Of a DNA stretch of 64,000 nt, positions 62,572-64,000 are shown in pieces. The stretch lies in contig JBDLTZ010000100.1 in the NCBI GenBank assembly GCA_039805565.1, positions 3,487-67,486 on the forward strand. The letters run 5' to 3'. A program made the position numbers and the translations under genes. Each line of letters begins with the position of its first letter. Position 1 is the first letter of the stretch. A model generated the notes under the pieces. The model ran no database searches. It worked only from the letters and a program-made list of their open reading frames with translations, and was not told where the DNA came from. The DNA is from Chloroflexota bacterium (GTDB taxonomy: Bacteria; Chloroflexota; Chloroflexia; Chloroflexales; Roseiflexaceae).

Positions 62572-63555
62572 TTACTTGATCTGAACGCCGACCACGATCG
62601 CCCCCGCGTTGTCACCAGTCCACCCATCATTGATGGCGATCTGGAGTTCGCCGACGCCAGTCAGGCGGGTGAGTCGCTCGCCATCCGGGCCTGAGTCACC
62701 GAAGGTAACAACCTGCCAGGACCCGTTCCCGACGCGAGCGATGACCTGGCCGAGGTTTGCGGACGACAGCTTCGTCCAATTCGGCCGGTTGCCAACATAG
62801 CCGCGAGCGTTAACCAACGCGTGCCTCCCGTTCTGAATTGTCCACCTGCCACTGCCGGCGCGCACCTCCACCGTCTGCCCCCGGGCGATCCTGATGCCGG
62901 TTGCCTGCACGTTCACAGTGGCAGGCACGTTCACTGCCCACGTGCGCTTTTCGACGTCGGTAGCAAACGCCACGCCATCGGCGACCCCGTTCGGCGAGCA
63001 GGGGTAGTTGCGCTCACCTGGCACAGCCCGCCAGTAGAGGCCGGGCATCGTGACAAGGCTCACCATGCTGTTCGGAGCGATTACGACGTTCGTCGGTTTG
63101 CGGGTGTCGACGTTCGTGTGGACCGCGAAGTGCAGATGCGGCCCAGTGACATTGCCCGAGTTGCCGCTCTTGCCGATAGCCTGTCCCCGGGTGACGCGCG
63201 TGCCGACGTTGATGCGCTCGGACAGATGCGCGTAGCTGCTGTACAGCCCATTCCTGTGGTCGATGACGATCATGTTGCCACCACCTGACTCGGTGCGGTG
63301 GTACACCACGCCAGCCTCAACCGCGCGCACCTCGGTACCTCGGGGCAACTCAAAATCGATCGCGCGGGCGTTGAACGCGGGGAAGGTCGTCAAGTGGTGG
63401 CCGCACGGGCCGGCGCTAATCGTGTACATCCCTCGAAACGGCAGCAAAAAGGTATTGACACTGCCGGTCTGGGCGAATACTGCATGTGGCAACAGGCTGA
63501 CGCAAGCGGCCACCACGATGCAGACCAGCAGCACCCGGTACATCGACGTACGCAT
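62572..63555 (-). CDS. Secreted M23 family metallopeptidase with C-terminal lectin-like (PA-IL/LecA-like) beta domain
   Basis: The signal peptide is MRTSMYRVLLVCIVVAACVSLLPHAVFA. M23 motifs are IDHRNG (HxxxD) and GNSGNVTGPHLHF (HxH). The C-terminal ...GNGSWQV...ELQIAINDGWTGDNAGAIVV resembles PA-IL-type lectins. ATG 63555 is preceded by AAAGGGGA. Confidence 0.75.
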   Translation of the reverse strand: MRTSMYRVLLVCIVVAACVSLLPHAVFAQTGSVNTFLLPFRGMYTISAGPCGHHLTTFPAFNARAIDFELPRGTEVRAVEAGVVYHRTESGGGNMIVIDHRNGLYSSYAHLSERINVGTRVTRGQAIGKSGNSGNVTGPHLHFAVHTNVDTRKPTNVVIAPNSMVSLVTMPGLYWRAVPGERNYPCSPNGVADGVAFATDVEKRTWAVNVPATVNVQATGIRIARGQTVEVRAGSGRWTIQNGRHALVNARGYVGNRPNWTKLSSANLGQVIARVGNGSWQVVTFGDSGPDGERLTRLTGVGELQIAINDGWTGDNAGAIVVGVQIK

Positions 63556-63744
63556 AGGACGTTCCCCTTTCTGAGCACATTCGCCAAAGAGTATGAGCCG
63601 GATATGCGTTGACGGGCTAAGCAAGATTCGCGTCGGAAGCTCGCCGACGAGACAGAATGCGTAGGGAGCATCTATCTGCGAATCTCCCGGTCCGGCGCAA
63701 GGTGTACATACCAAGTTGATGGCACGTTAGGTGTTACCTGGTCT

Positions 63745-63870
63745 AGTACCAGCGCTGGTTGGCGTTGTTGAGGTTGCAGTCCCACTGGCGGATCGACACC
63801 CCGCGGTTCCTCGACCAGCCGAGGACCTCCAAGCACTTGCCGCTATTCTGGTTCACCAGCGAGATGCAAT
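63745..63870 (-). pseudogene. C-terminal fragment of a ricin-type beta-trefoil lectin domain
   Basis: The minus-strand reads ISLVNQNSGKCLEVLGWSRNRGVSIRQWDCNLNNANQRWY*, which carries the QxW repeat signature. It is only about 40 codons long. Confidence 0.6.
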
Positions 63871-63871
63871 A

Positions 63872-64000
63872 CCCCCAACCCCAAAGCGGATGAGCGGGTC
63901 GTAGAGCTCACGGGTGTTGATCGCATCGTTGGCGAGCCAGCGCCAAATGCGGGCGATGCGACCGGCTTCGTTGGCCAAGCGGGGAATGAAAAGCGCGACC
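63872..64000 (-). mobile_element. Fragment of an IS701/IS4-like transposase N-terminal region (continues beyond the window, truncated at ~63870)
   Basis: The minus-strand reads VALFIPRLANEAGRIARIWRWLANDAINTRELYDPLIRFGVGG, which resembles the R..RFL.N......Y.PL segment of IS701-type transposases. It abuts the ricin fragment. Confidence 0.4.

Overview
GC-rich bacterial chromosomal window. Repeat types and gene content suggest Chloroflexota, but that is inference only. It is mostly housekeeping and accessory-metabolism genes on both strands. These include: accC (partial), an aldehyde dehydrogenase, a YhdH-type reductase, a RhaD-like aldolase, a PAS hybrid histidine kinase, a csoR-copZ-copA copper operon, a complete mrpABCDEFG cation/proton antiporter operon, ppc, lutABC, a cobalamin-riboswitch-controlled btuFCD-cobO-cobU operon, an SLC13 transporter, several small-molecule kinases (two APH-like, one CPT-like), PPK2, a beta-CASP nuclease, GGT and a LysM protein. 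The most unusual locus is a two-gene minus-strand operon at 3733-9420. It encodes a CHAT (caspase-like) protease fused to a roughly 330-aa helical domain I cannot assign. The second gene encodes a 1198-aa P-loop STAND-type NTPase with a coiled coil, one transmembrane helix and eight WD40 repeats. This looks like an uncharacterised NTPase-plus-protease conflict/signalling module. The window also holds a family of mosaic intergenic elements built from TGA-containing heptamer arrays flanking palindromic cores. Other features are REP-like CCCCTCTCCC/GGGAGAGGGG hairpins, several gene fragments (crtI, tnpB, histidine kinase, RHS core, TPR regulator, transposases, ricin lectin) and a lower-GC mobile-element scar at the 3' end carrying an M23 peptidase with a lectin-like tail. 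No rRNA, tRNA or CRISPR array was recognised by eye. Many long ORFs in the track are antisense shadows typical of GC-rich DNA and were not called.
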